A DNA stretch of 63,786 bases from Phoronis australis. Its lineage: Eukaryota; Animalia; Phoronida. The stretch spans positions 67,010 through 130,795 of the forward strand of contig NMRA01000593.1 of the NCBI GenBank assembly GCA_002633005.1. The letters are read 5' to 3'. This document shows, piece after piece, positions 13,101 to 25,100 of the stretch (the first letter of the stretch is position 1; the number at the start of each line of letters is the position of its first letter). Position numbers and translations under genes: made by a program. The notes beneath the pieces were generated by a model that did not search any database, had not been told where the DNA came from, and saw only the letters and a program-made list of their open reading frames with translations.

Positions 13101-16100
13101 GTATTCTGAAACTTCATGTATAAGATAATTGAGTAGTTCAGTTCAATTAAATTAAAAACGTGAAACGAGGCACAAATGCAAACAAGATACTTACATTCGC
13201 ACTTGGGCGCTTTTCCAATCCACTTAGTCTTTTCACATGTTGGGTTCTTTGTGACCTTTCTGTAGCAACGATCACAAGTATAGCCGCACGTAACTCCATG
13301 AAGACGACTACAACTATCCATTCTACCGTTGGCTACTTGGAATCTTGGGCAGTAATACACTGAAGTTCGTGAAATTATCAAGCTGTTATTAGAGCTGTAG
13401 TACGTATTTAGTGCAAGCAATAAACATAGTAAGAAGATGCAACAAAAGGGAACACACATTACATAAACCCTTCTATTACGGAAATGGGTGACAGCTTTAC
13501 AAGAATGACTGGGAGACCAATATTCTACGTCACTGCCCTTCAAAAAGTCTTGCACTCGCATGTAATTCACCAACTCTGTGACGGACGATAATGATGAACC
13601 AGAATGTTGACCTATAACCTCAGTCAAACATAGCCGATTGAGTTCTAGCTATTCCGATGCCTCCAAAGCATGGTCGGTAAGTCCGTTCATGGTTAGACTC
13701 AGTTTCGTGATTTTTGACTCCGACGACCTACCAGCGCTAATAAATCAGATAATAACTCATGGGCGCACCCAGGAGGGGCTCGGAGGGGGGGGGCTCGAAC
13801 GAGCCCCCAAATTTGGCGAATTGGGCAAAAGCCAGAGGGACCGCCTCAGTGAAACAAAATGTCCAAGTAAACGAGATAAAAGTCTACAGGAATTCGGCGC
13901 ATATGCACGATTGGCAAGCCTGAACCTAGTGGCCCCGTTTTTTTTTAGTCCTCGTTGATTTTTTTTCAGTAAAAGGTCCGCACATCCAAGAATTCGAGAC
14001 CCCTTATATTTAAGGCTGGGTGCGCCTATGTAACCTCCCTACGGTCGACAGATGTGACCACTTTGCAGTCTCGGCGACCCAGGCAATGCGCGTATTGTAC
14101 TTTATTTCAGTTCGCGCAGTTAATTTATTTCAATACAGGCATTGAATTTTTTTATTTTATGAAATTCACTTGTCTTGAATGTCAACAGTTATTTTCATCT
14201 GCCCAATCTACATTTGTGAAGTACCACACTGAACTTACTTCAATAAACTTTTCGATAATCGTATTTGACTCTTGACACTTGGAAGACTTGTTTCCAAGTC
14301 TCAAGAACTCTGCTATGCCCTATTACATGCCCTTAGCCAGGGAGTTGCGACGAGTGCGGATCATGCCTTCCACAGCCAGAATAATTGTTTCAAAACCAAT
14401 CAAAATATACTATCTAGTTTCACTCCTGGATTCAAAGGAATTGGGAAAATAAACATTAGTTATGCATGAATATAACCAATTATACAAGTACGCTTGAAGA
14501 CGACGCTTGCTCCTGCCGATTCTAGGTTCCGCAGTGTTTTATTAGTGAAAACTTGTTCAAATGTATGTGGTCAGTAAGACATTTTTGACAATTAGATGGA
14601 TATCGTAGAGCTTTTCAACTCAGGTGGAAAAACCATGGTTTTAATAAAGAAGGACAGCAGCCAAATTAAAAGTAAGAAACGATTTGATTTAACCTGTGTA
14701 TGTTGACCATTAAATTTAGGATTATGCATCAAGGTTCAAATTTTAAAAAGGACTGTTTAAGGCGACCTTCGATGGATCAAATTGGCATGAGGGCTAGTCG
14801 AGTATGAATGTAAAATGTTTGGTAAGTTTGTATACCAGTGAGATAATAAGTTACTCAAATGCACAGATGTCTAAAACCTTTCGAACCCGTAATAAAAATG
14901 AGTGCCATCCCGATACACATCGTTCATGACGTCGCCACATAAAAGGAGTACCAAAAAGCCATTACTGACTTATGACTCACTTGAGCAACCAGTAAATGGG
15001 AGATGATCATTTGTAACCAACTGATATTATGGTATCAAGGAGTGCACATAGAAAGTACATGTATGTACTACACTCCTTGATGGTAATGTGGTGAGGGAAA
15101 CCTTGAGACAAACATGCAAGAGTTTGAATTCGTGATTCCAGTGTTCTAGAGGCGTTCTAGGGAATGAGCTAGAGCCATCTTTCTAAACCAGCGGAGCTCT
15201 GCTTATACCATTCATTTTGTGACTCTGGTATTCCGACAACAGTGTTACTTTTTTCCTTAAAACCGTGTTCTTTTTGGAATAAAACAAACACGGGAAGACG
15301 TACATGTGTGAACTGTGCTTGTTCATTTTTTGGAAATTAGGGGCTGAAACAAAAGACAAAACTACGTCGATTCTGAATTGTTTGTGGCGGTGTGACGCAA
15401 ACTGCTCAAAAACAGGAGAATGGAACAATTGACAATAACGAATGAGCAAAGCTAATGCAGGATTAATCACAATTTCACCTCTCCCTTGCAACGTCTGGCT
15501 AACGGCAGTGAACTTGTTGATACAGGAGCTCATAATCTATTACATACCACCAACACAAGTAGTTCGGTCTTGTTCTTTGGATGTATTCTCGCGATACAGC
15601 CCTCTGAGGCGAATAAAATAATTTTCTACCAGTGATCACTGATAGCAAACATTTGTTGCATAATTTTCAAATTCAATTGGTTGACTCTTTGCTAAAACAA
15701 ACAATTTTAAAAAACAAACAAGTTGTGCCAACTGCTGCTGCCTGAAAAAGAATAAAAGCGATTCTGTAAAGGTCTTACCATGTAGATGGTGACTAATGGA
15801 GCACGAGGCCGAGTTACACTTATCGTAGCTTCGGACGTATAGGCTGCCATATCCTGCGTAGATATATTTGCCGGAAGCGCAACCACTAGAACATCCACAG
15901 AAAAGAAAATACACCAAGTAGAAGGCAATACAAACAAGCTCGAAATTGATAAAATGGCATGGCAATATCGATCTTAGTATCTGAACTTCTCACATGAACA
16001 AAACAATATTTTTTGCAAAAAAAATCCTCGTGTCTAAAACTTTCAACCACATGACCCAACTTTTGTAAAATATAAATAGTTATGTTTTATGCTGAACAAT

Positions 16101-19100
16101 TGTAAATTGCATTCAGCTTTCGCAACAAATATTCAAGTTAGAATCCAATAAATAGTCTTTGAAGTTGTAATGTTAAAACTTAAAAATGTTTATTAATAAC
16201 AGTCAGCATGGCTTCCCCGCGCGTGAGCACTGAATTGACCTTGAGATAACNGTCCGCCTCAGTGAAACAAAATGTCCAAGTATACGAGATAAAAGTCTAC
16301 AGGAATTCGGCGCGGATGCACGTTTGGCAAGCCTGAACCGTTTTTTTTTAGTCCTCGTTGATTTTTTTCAGTAAAAGGTCCGCACATCCAAGAATTCGAG
16401 ACCCCTTATATTTAAGGCTGGGTGCGCTTATGTAACCTCCCTACGGTCGACAGATGTGACCACTTTGCAATCTCGGCGACCCCGAGCAATGCGCGTATTG
16501 TACTTTATTTCAGTTCGCGCAGTTAATTTATTTCAATACAGGCATTGAATTTTGTTATTTTATGAAATTCACTTGTCTTGAATGTCAACAGTTATTTTCA
16601 TCTGCCCAATCTACATTTGTGAAGGACCACACTGAACTTACTTCAATAAACTTTTCGATAATCGTATTTGACTCTTGACACTTGGAAGATTTGTTTCCAA
16701 GTCCACGAAATTCTCAAGAACTCTGCTATGCCCTATTACATGCCCTTAGCCAGGGAGTTGCGACGAGTGCGGATCATGCCTTCCACAGCCAGAATAATTG
16801 TTTCAAAACCAATCAAAATATACTATATAGCTTCACTCCTGGATTCAAAGGAATTGGGAAAATATACATTAGTTATGCATGAATAAAGCCAATTATACAA
16901 GTACGCTTGAAGACGACGCTTGCTCCTGCCGATTCTAGGTTCCGCAGGTGGAGAAACCATGGTTTTAATAAAAAAGGACAACAGCCAAATCAAAAGTAAG
17001 AAACGATTTGATTTAAGCTGTGTATGTTCACCATTAAATTTAGGATTATGCATCAAGGTTCAAAAAATTTTAAAAGGGAATGTTTAAGGCGACCATCGAT
17101 GGATCGAATTGGCATGAGAGCTTGTCGAGTATGAATGTAAAATGTTTGGTAAGTTTGTGTACCAGTGAGATAATAAGTTACTCAAATGCACAGATGTCTA
17201 AAACCTTTCGAACCCGTAATAAAAATGAGTGCCATCCCGATACACATCGTTCATGACGTCGCCACATAAAAGGAGTACCAAAAAGCCATCACTGACTTAT
17301 GACTCACTTGAACAACCAGTAAATGGGAGATGATCATTTGTAACCAACTTATATTATGGTATCAAGGAGTGCACATAGAAAGTACATGTATGTACTACAC
17401 TCCTTGGTGGTAATGTGGTGAGGGAAACCTTGAGACAAACATGCAAGAGTTTGAATTCGTGATTCCAGTGTTCTAGAGGCGTTCTAGGGAATGAACTAGA
17501 GCCATCTTTCTAAACCAGCGAAGCTCTGCTTATACCATTCATTTTGTGACTCAGGTTTACTCTTTTCCTTAAAGCCGTGTTCTTTTTGGAATAAAACAAA
17601 CACGGGAAGACGTACATGTGTGAACTGTGCTTGTTCATTTTTTGGAAATTAGGGGCTGAAACAAAAGACAAAACTACGTCGATTCTAAATTGTTTGTGAC
17701 GGTGTGACGCAAACTGCTCAAAAACAGGAGAATGGAACAATTGACAATAACGAATGAGCAAAGCTAATGCATGATTAATCACAATTTCACCTCTCCCTTG
17801 CAACGTCTGGCTAACGGCAATGAACTTGTTGATACAAGAGCACATAATCTATTCCATACCACCAACACAAGTTGTTCGGTCTTGTTCTTTGGATGTGTTC
17901 TCTCGATACAGCCCTCTGAGGCGAATAAAATAATTTTCTACCAGTGATCATTGATAGCAAACATTTGTTGCATAATTTTCAAATTCAATTGGTTGACTCT
18001 TTGCTAAAACAAACAATTTCAAAAAACAAACAAGTTGTGCCAACTGCTGCTGCCTGAAAAAGAATAAAGCGATTCTGTAAAGGTCTTACCATGTAGATGG
18101 TGACTAATGGAGCACGAGGCCGAGTTACACTTATCGTAGCTTCGGACGTATAGGCTGCCATATCCTGCGTAGATATATTTGCCGGATGCGCAACCACTAG
18201 AACATCCACAGAAAAGAAAATACACCAAGTAGAAGGCAATACAAACAAGCTCGAAATTGATAAAATGGCATGGCAATATCGATCTTAGTATCTGAACTTC
18301 TCACATGAACAAAACAATATTTTTTGCAAAAAAAATCCTCGTGTCTAAAACTTTCAACCACATGACCCAACTTTTGTAAAATATAAATAGTTATGTTTTA
18401 TGCTGAACAATTGTAAATTGCATTCAGCTTTCGCAACAAATATTCAAGTTAGAATCCAATAAATAGTCTTTGAAGTTGTAATGTTAAAACTTAAAAATGT
18501 TTATTAATAACAGTCAGCATGGCTTCCCCGCGCGTGAGCACTGAATTGACCTTGAGATAACACAAGTAAACAGTCTCACCGCGTTTCTTATTCGGGGTTC
18601 GTCTCCGTTTGAATGAACGTGGATATGGAATTCTCAGCCGAAGATGGGACCATTTAAGAAGTTGATCAGGCATTGCTTGGCTGGCACGCGTTTAGGGTTT
18701 AGCAGACGATAAAATGTAAGGGGTATGGATTTCTACTTTGAACTACTTTGTGATTCGCCCAAGCATGTAAATATAAAAAATTACGTACTCGGTGTTATTG
18801 ACCAGTCGTGTCGTAACGTGTCATGTGTGAAAACTCCTAATTGACCAGCCCCGCGAAACCAATGTATTGATACGGTTTGTGTGAAATTCATCTCAACGCA
18901 GTCGACCTTGATAAAATTGACAAAACATTCCTATGAGAATCTTAGTTTTGCCCAAACGCAGTGTACACATCTCATGGACAGGTGTTGGCGGAAGTTTATT
19001 TTCAATATTAGAGAGGTTTCGCAAATCAACGTCAACGTGAATTATCACGCCGATTCACGTTACGGTAAGAAAATGGGTTTCGTAACAGCTAAATTTTTAC

Positions 19101-22100
19101 GTGAACGTGAAAGTAATCTTGAATATAGTTACTGAGCTCAGGGTGTTCAGTTGTTGTAGTACATATCCGCTAGATTACAAACTACTTACAAATCACTCTG
19201 TAAATCCAATTTCTTTTACTTTCATTCTCATAACATCTAATACAAATCAGTTGATTAAATTTTTGTCAAAAATTTTCTAGTTAATTTTGCGATGAGATTT
19301 AACATGTTGTGTTCTTCATCTAGTCTCCCCTCCCTTTCTTTCTCTCCATTTCAATTTATTTTCTGCTCTGCATCAAGTTTTTCTTTTATAAAGTTGATGG
19401 ACAATCGGTATATATACGTATTAAAGAATCTTGAATGAAACATGTTTTGTTTAGTTGTATTGGATTTTACTGTATGGTCAACTCTTATAATGCATATTAA
19501 TTTATTTTCAGTTTAAAATAAATATATGCAAATGAATTAAACATGTAAGAAATTAACATTGAACACAAAATCATATCTGCTAAAAATCCCTTCCAGTTCG
19601 ATGATATGCAGCGAACCACGGCAGAATAAGGATTTTGGAAAAAGCCTTCAATCAGCTAGATTTTATAAATGTCCATAAAGTCTAGCTGAAGGAAGGCCTG
19701 TCCCAAAAATCCATTCTGCCGGGGCTGGAATGCATTTTTAACAGATATGATTTGTGTTATCAAACTTTTCACAGGATTAATTTACTTACATATATTTATT
19801 TTAAACTGCAAATAAATTTTGCATTCTAAGAGTTGATCTTTTTTGCATGAGTTCGTAGAAACGACTTTTTTCACTTTCAACATATATTTCTATCTGGCAC
19901 ATCAGTAGCAGCAGGAAGAGGAAACCAGGAAGGGACAACTGTTTTAGCGCATTTTAACGTGTTTTCAAAAGTGATTTCAAAAGTAAATGTTAAAGTCGTC
20001 TGGAATCCAAGCATTGTATTTGAAAGCTTAACTCTTTAGCTATAAAATGACACCACTTTGGTCCAAAAAGACTGCATATTAATGGCACTAGGATGCTTTG
20101 AACATGACTTGTTTTACCGTTCCAAAAGATGCCTCTTCCCAGGCATGTACTCGGGCATGATCCTCTTTTTTCAACCAACAGATGTCACTAATATATGCAA
20201 ATGAGGCTCTCATCTCCTACGTCATATGACGTCATACGACGCGAACTTCCAATTTGAACCATCAGGTGCCTGTAATGAATGACTTGAAACGCAGTTCTAC
20301 CTTATTGGGCAGATCTAAGAAAATTAAGAACTCACACAAGTCAATGTTCAAAGAACATTGAATGGTTTCACATGAAAATACATTTAATTGTATTTGGATA
20401 CGCTTGCACGTGTGTAAGCGTGGACTTCGTCATTTTGCTTAAATCCAGATTTAGAAGCAGGTGTTCAAGAAATTAGCTGCGCCCATTACGGTGGCCGGTG
20501 TCGTGGGTCCAAGTCGCCGGGAAGTCTGATCCATGCATGCGCAATTCGACGAACTAATGCTAGTCGCTGGACAGCTACGCTATGATTCATGCGCAATTCG
20601 ACGAACTAACGCTAGTGCTGGTCAGCTCCGATATGATTCATTTGAGACGTGCGGCTTAACTCGAGTATACCCGTGTTCTGGCTCCAAGGACGTTTTTTGG
20701 ACCCAGTTTCGGGAAAAGTTCATTTTATTACGGTCATTTCCCGAAGATTTTTTTGAAAGATGTGATCCCGAAATCCTTGGCCTATAGAGCTGTATCAAAA
20801 TTCCTTGTTGAAACACGGCCCCTGGTCCAGCTTCTGCCGGGCGGCTGAGGAAAATGCTATGGAACGCGTGTCCCAAAAATGCACACACTTCAACCTCTGC
20901 AGTTCAAGTTCTTTTCCCGTCAATCACTGAGCGCGGATTCTACGCGGGCAGCCTACTGCATGACTACACCTTATTTTTAACGTGGGTGCGTCACTGAGTC
21001 ACGACGTGTCCAGCCTTTGCAGTATGCACGGGAATGTCAAGCAAACGATTCGGTTTAGAAGAACCTAAATTCATTGCACAATACTACTGGGAACTACAAG
21101 CATCAAGGAAATGCAAAGACAATCTTTCCAAATTTATGAGCAATGACTTGAACTTCTTTTTCGATCCGATCTACGGTTTGTAATTTTTTGAATTTCTTTA
21201 GTCTAGTTTTTATATCACTGTTATCGTTAAGTGTCCTTCTTCGCGATATGGTGGTCTGATGATGGATCGAATTTTTGCAAGTCAGCCTTCAGCCTTCAAC
21301 TAAGTTCAGTGACGCATCGCCATTTCCTACAAGACAGCTTCTCTGCTGTGCACGAATGTTTTGTGTTTTTGATGAATTCGGAGGCTCAACTTCCCCTCGT
21401 GAGTAGTTGGCAGTGTCATGTCGGAGGTGTATAGAGGGCGCAGCACTGAAAAAAGTGGGGGCTAAAGCCCCCTCAGCCCCCCTGTAGTGCACCGCCTTTG
21501 GACCGTTGAAAAACTTGGACTGAATTAATATGCTCCGCAAAATTTTTGCTTTACAAATTTTCTCGAATTTTCGAAATACATGCATGAATGATTAAGTGCA
21601 CATTTTCAAGAGCGCTTAGACGGCCTATTCTGCAAAAACGGAGACCCTATGAACAATTGTCCTGGTCAGGGACTCAGGGTCCTCAAATGGTAAACCATAC
21701 ACTGATACCGAGTTATCAAAGTTATCTTGAGTTTTCTCTCTCATCAGTATTCGAAGTCTTTCTTTTTTGTCTTTCCCCAGCCGCACACCTTTGTCGGTTG
21801 CCATGGTTTTTAACCCTGAGGCATGAAATTTTTTTGGGGTGGCACTCGCCCTCCCCCGCTTACTAAGGTCCTGATGCAAGGAGTCCATCTTTGGTCCAAG
21901 GTCAATTTTGTGTTTCAACACGCACTCGTTGTATAGCTTGAGCATTAAATTAAAGGTTTAAGAAATACAGGAGCAGTTTTGCGCATTTAATTGTGTGTGT
22001 GAAAGGGTTTATGAATTCGTACTGAATTTGCTGCTGCAACGTGCTTGTCTCATGGGCCTGTACCCGGCAAGTGACCACAAATGTGGGCACTAATTCGTCT

Positions 22101-25100
22101 ATTGCGCAAGTCGACTGTAGCAAGGTGGCCAGTGAAAATGTAAAGCAGCACTAGGCCAGTGGGCGTGTGTGACAACTCGGATTTCTAGTCTCTTATTATG
22201 AAAACCATTGAAGGCAATTACCAGCACCAGTACAAACAAGAATTTTGAAGTATGGATAATTTCAACAGGAGTTAGCTGTAGACTTAGTCGCAAAGCTGCC
22301 AACATTCCAGCCACGGTTACTGCCGGTCCTTCGAAGCAATTAGCACATATTTAAGAATTTTTAAGAATGGTAAGGGTGCGTTTTGTGTTGACGGAAATGT
22401 CCATGGTGTCGAGGAATTTAATGATGAACAACTGTTGTGGCTTAACTTGGGAGAACCCCTAGCAAAACTAACTTCCAAGTATGCATACTGTGGCGGATTT
22501 AAGAAATGCGATTATGGCAGTGCTAATTGTAGCAGAGCCACGAAGTGTGCTAAAATGGTAGAAAATTAGGCATAACATTTCTGTAGCAGATAAAAGGTTG
22601 ATTGGCGCAGGAGAAGACTGATGAGTCCGGGCACTCTAAAGGAAAGAACTGCAACCAATTTCAATTATTCGGTGCAACTTCTCTCACCCGACGGCGTTGT
22701 TTCACGATACCGCAACCTCAAACAACGTCAAAGAAACGAAAAGCGGAGGGTGAGATAGTACAGAGTATTAATATTTATTCTTGGTAATAGGTGTCCACCT
22801 CAAAATGAATATCCCACGGTCATTCTTTTTGCTGATAGCAATGTTTTCGTCAACTGAAGAAGAACAGGAATCATAGACATCCCGCGCGCTCTGTCTATGG
22901 TTCTGCCACTCCAAACTCTTGTCAACACGATAGGTAGACGCAGAACGTTCGATGTTTACCTCATTCTAATCTTCTCTGCAATCCACTGTCAAAGGACGAA
23001 AACGATTCAATGTCCGCCCCTCGAAATGGGGCTTGCTTAGCTGGAATTCAGAACTGCGGTCATTAGAGTGTTTTCACCTCCTGATTGCGAAGCGATCGAG
23101 TGTTAGCTGTGGTATCTTCATCAGCGCGTGCTCTCAGCGGGAGGTCACCGCTTTATCCACTAGCGCTAGACCAACAACTTACGAGAGTATAACTCCCACA
23201 TGCAAATTTGATATGCAAATAAGGGAGTACTTGACTACTGCGCCATCTATACATCGACGGAAAAGCTCAAATACCCGTGACTGCGTGTGCGAAGTTACGA
23301 TTGCGTGCGCTGAAGTCTATATTTTCAAAGTACAATTGCACCACTGTTTAAGGTTGCAAAGTTAGTTTTTTGATATCCTTCTATTCAAAAAGCTTTATTC
23401 TCTCTGATGAAATCATCTGTTTCCTTTTAAACGAACCTTAAGTCCTGAAATTAATCCGGGGAAGGAGGCCAAAAACGGCGGTTTAGCTAGTTGTCCCTTC
23501 CTGGTTATCTCTTCCTGGTAGCAGATAATATCGGTATGTCCAGTAATCGTAGTACATACACAAAACGTACGCAGAGTGGCGTACATGCAGTAATATCCCA
23601 CGAGACATTATTCCGCGTATCGACTGAGACCGAAGTAGATAATTTTTGTTTTGTTATTTCGAAATAGAACTGAGGTCAGATGGTGACCTGAAGTTTCTGA
23701 CAGCTTTGGTACCGCCGCAGCTTCATGTGATAAAGAGGCCTGGGTTTTGGGCGTTTTGCATTAAACGAAGAAAAAACACAGAGCAGATTAAAAATGACAT
23801 AATTATTCATAGTTAACCGTCAACATTTTTATGTAGTGTACAATAAAAAGTTGTTCCAAAACATTTTATNGTTATCTCTTCCTGGTAGCAGATAATATCG
23901 GTATGTCCAGTTATCGTAGTACATACACAAAACGTACGCAGAGTGGCGTACATGCAGTAATATCCCACGAGACATTATTCCACGTATCGACTGAGACCGA
24001 AGTAGATAATTTTTGTTTTGTTATTTCGAAATAGAACTGAGGTCAGATGGTGACCTGAAGTTTCTGACAGCTTTGGTACCGCCGCAGCTTCATGTGATAA
24101 AGAGGCCTGGGTTTTGGGCGTTTTGCATTAAACGAAGAAAAAACACAGAGCAGATTAAAAATGACATAATTATTCATAGTTAACCGTCAACATTTTTATG
24201 TAGTGTACAATAAAAAGTTGTTCCAAAACATTTTATGGATCGCATCACAGGCGGATTTACTTGGGGTCAGGGGGTTCAACCCCCCCCCCCTCGGGACAGG
24301 GTCAAAATAAAAGTTTTAAAAATGTCGCATGGAAAATAAAATCAGCTACTAAAAACGAAACAATCTCGACCTTCCTTCCGCTCGGCGCTATGCACCTCGG
24401 ATTCGCGCCAGTCCTAACCACCCTCCTTACTGGAAACGTAGATCTGCCACTGTGAATGACTTGCCTGCAATAACAACTGACTGGCCTGCTAAACCAAACA
24501 AAATTACGCCTCGGAGGAGCCACTTTCCAATACGTTCCTGATGGACAATGAGAAATGCATCTTCTTCTTTTGAGGTGGCAAGTATCTGAAAACATCAATA
24601 TATGGTTCATAATAGTGATGCAAGCAACGCATTGGTACGGTGCGGCACCACAATGAGAGATGATTTTTTGGCGATAACAATTAGGTGGGCTCTGTAAAAT
24701 GAAGGTAAAAACCATGGTTTTGTAGTCCGACTAAAGCTTCTCTGTAGTACTTTGATAAGAATTGGTAACCGAACTTGAATCGTACATTATCGGAAATCAC
24801 TAACTGCCCCAACAATTCAGTCTTGGCAATTCTCGCAGTGTGTATCGGCTAGTATAAGAACGCAGTTGATCTGATTGAGGGTTACACATCGTCCGATTCG
24901 GGGTTTAAACAAAAATCGAATTGGCTGATTAACAAAATCAGTGAGATGTGTGCCAACGAGAGTTAGGTCACTTATTTACACATTGATATTCGAAAGTGGG
25001 CCTGTTTTCCGTATATGCGGGATGGTTCCTTGCGCTGTGGTCACCCATGTTACCCACAACCATGTAAAAGAAAATCGATGGTTAAATGGGTTTGCTTAAT

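Noticed and set aside
23504-24236. 366-bp tandem duplication as a biological repeat
   Set aside because: The copies meet at a single n and are near-identical, which is typical of overlapping contig ends.
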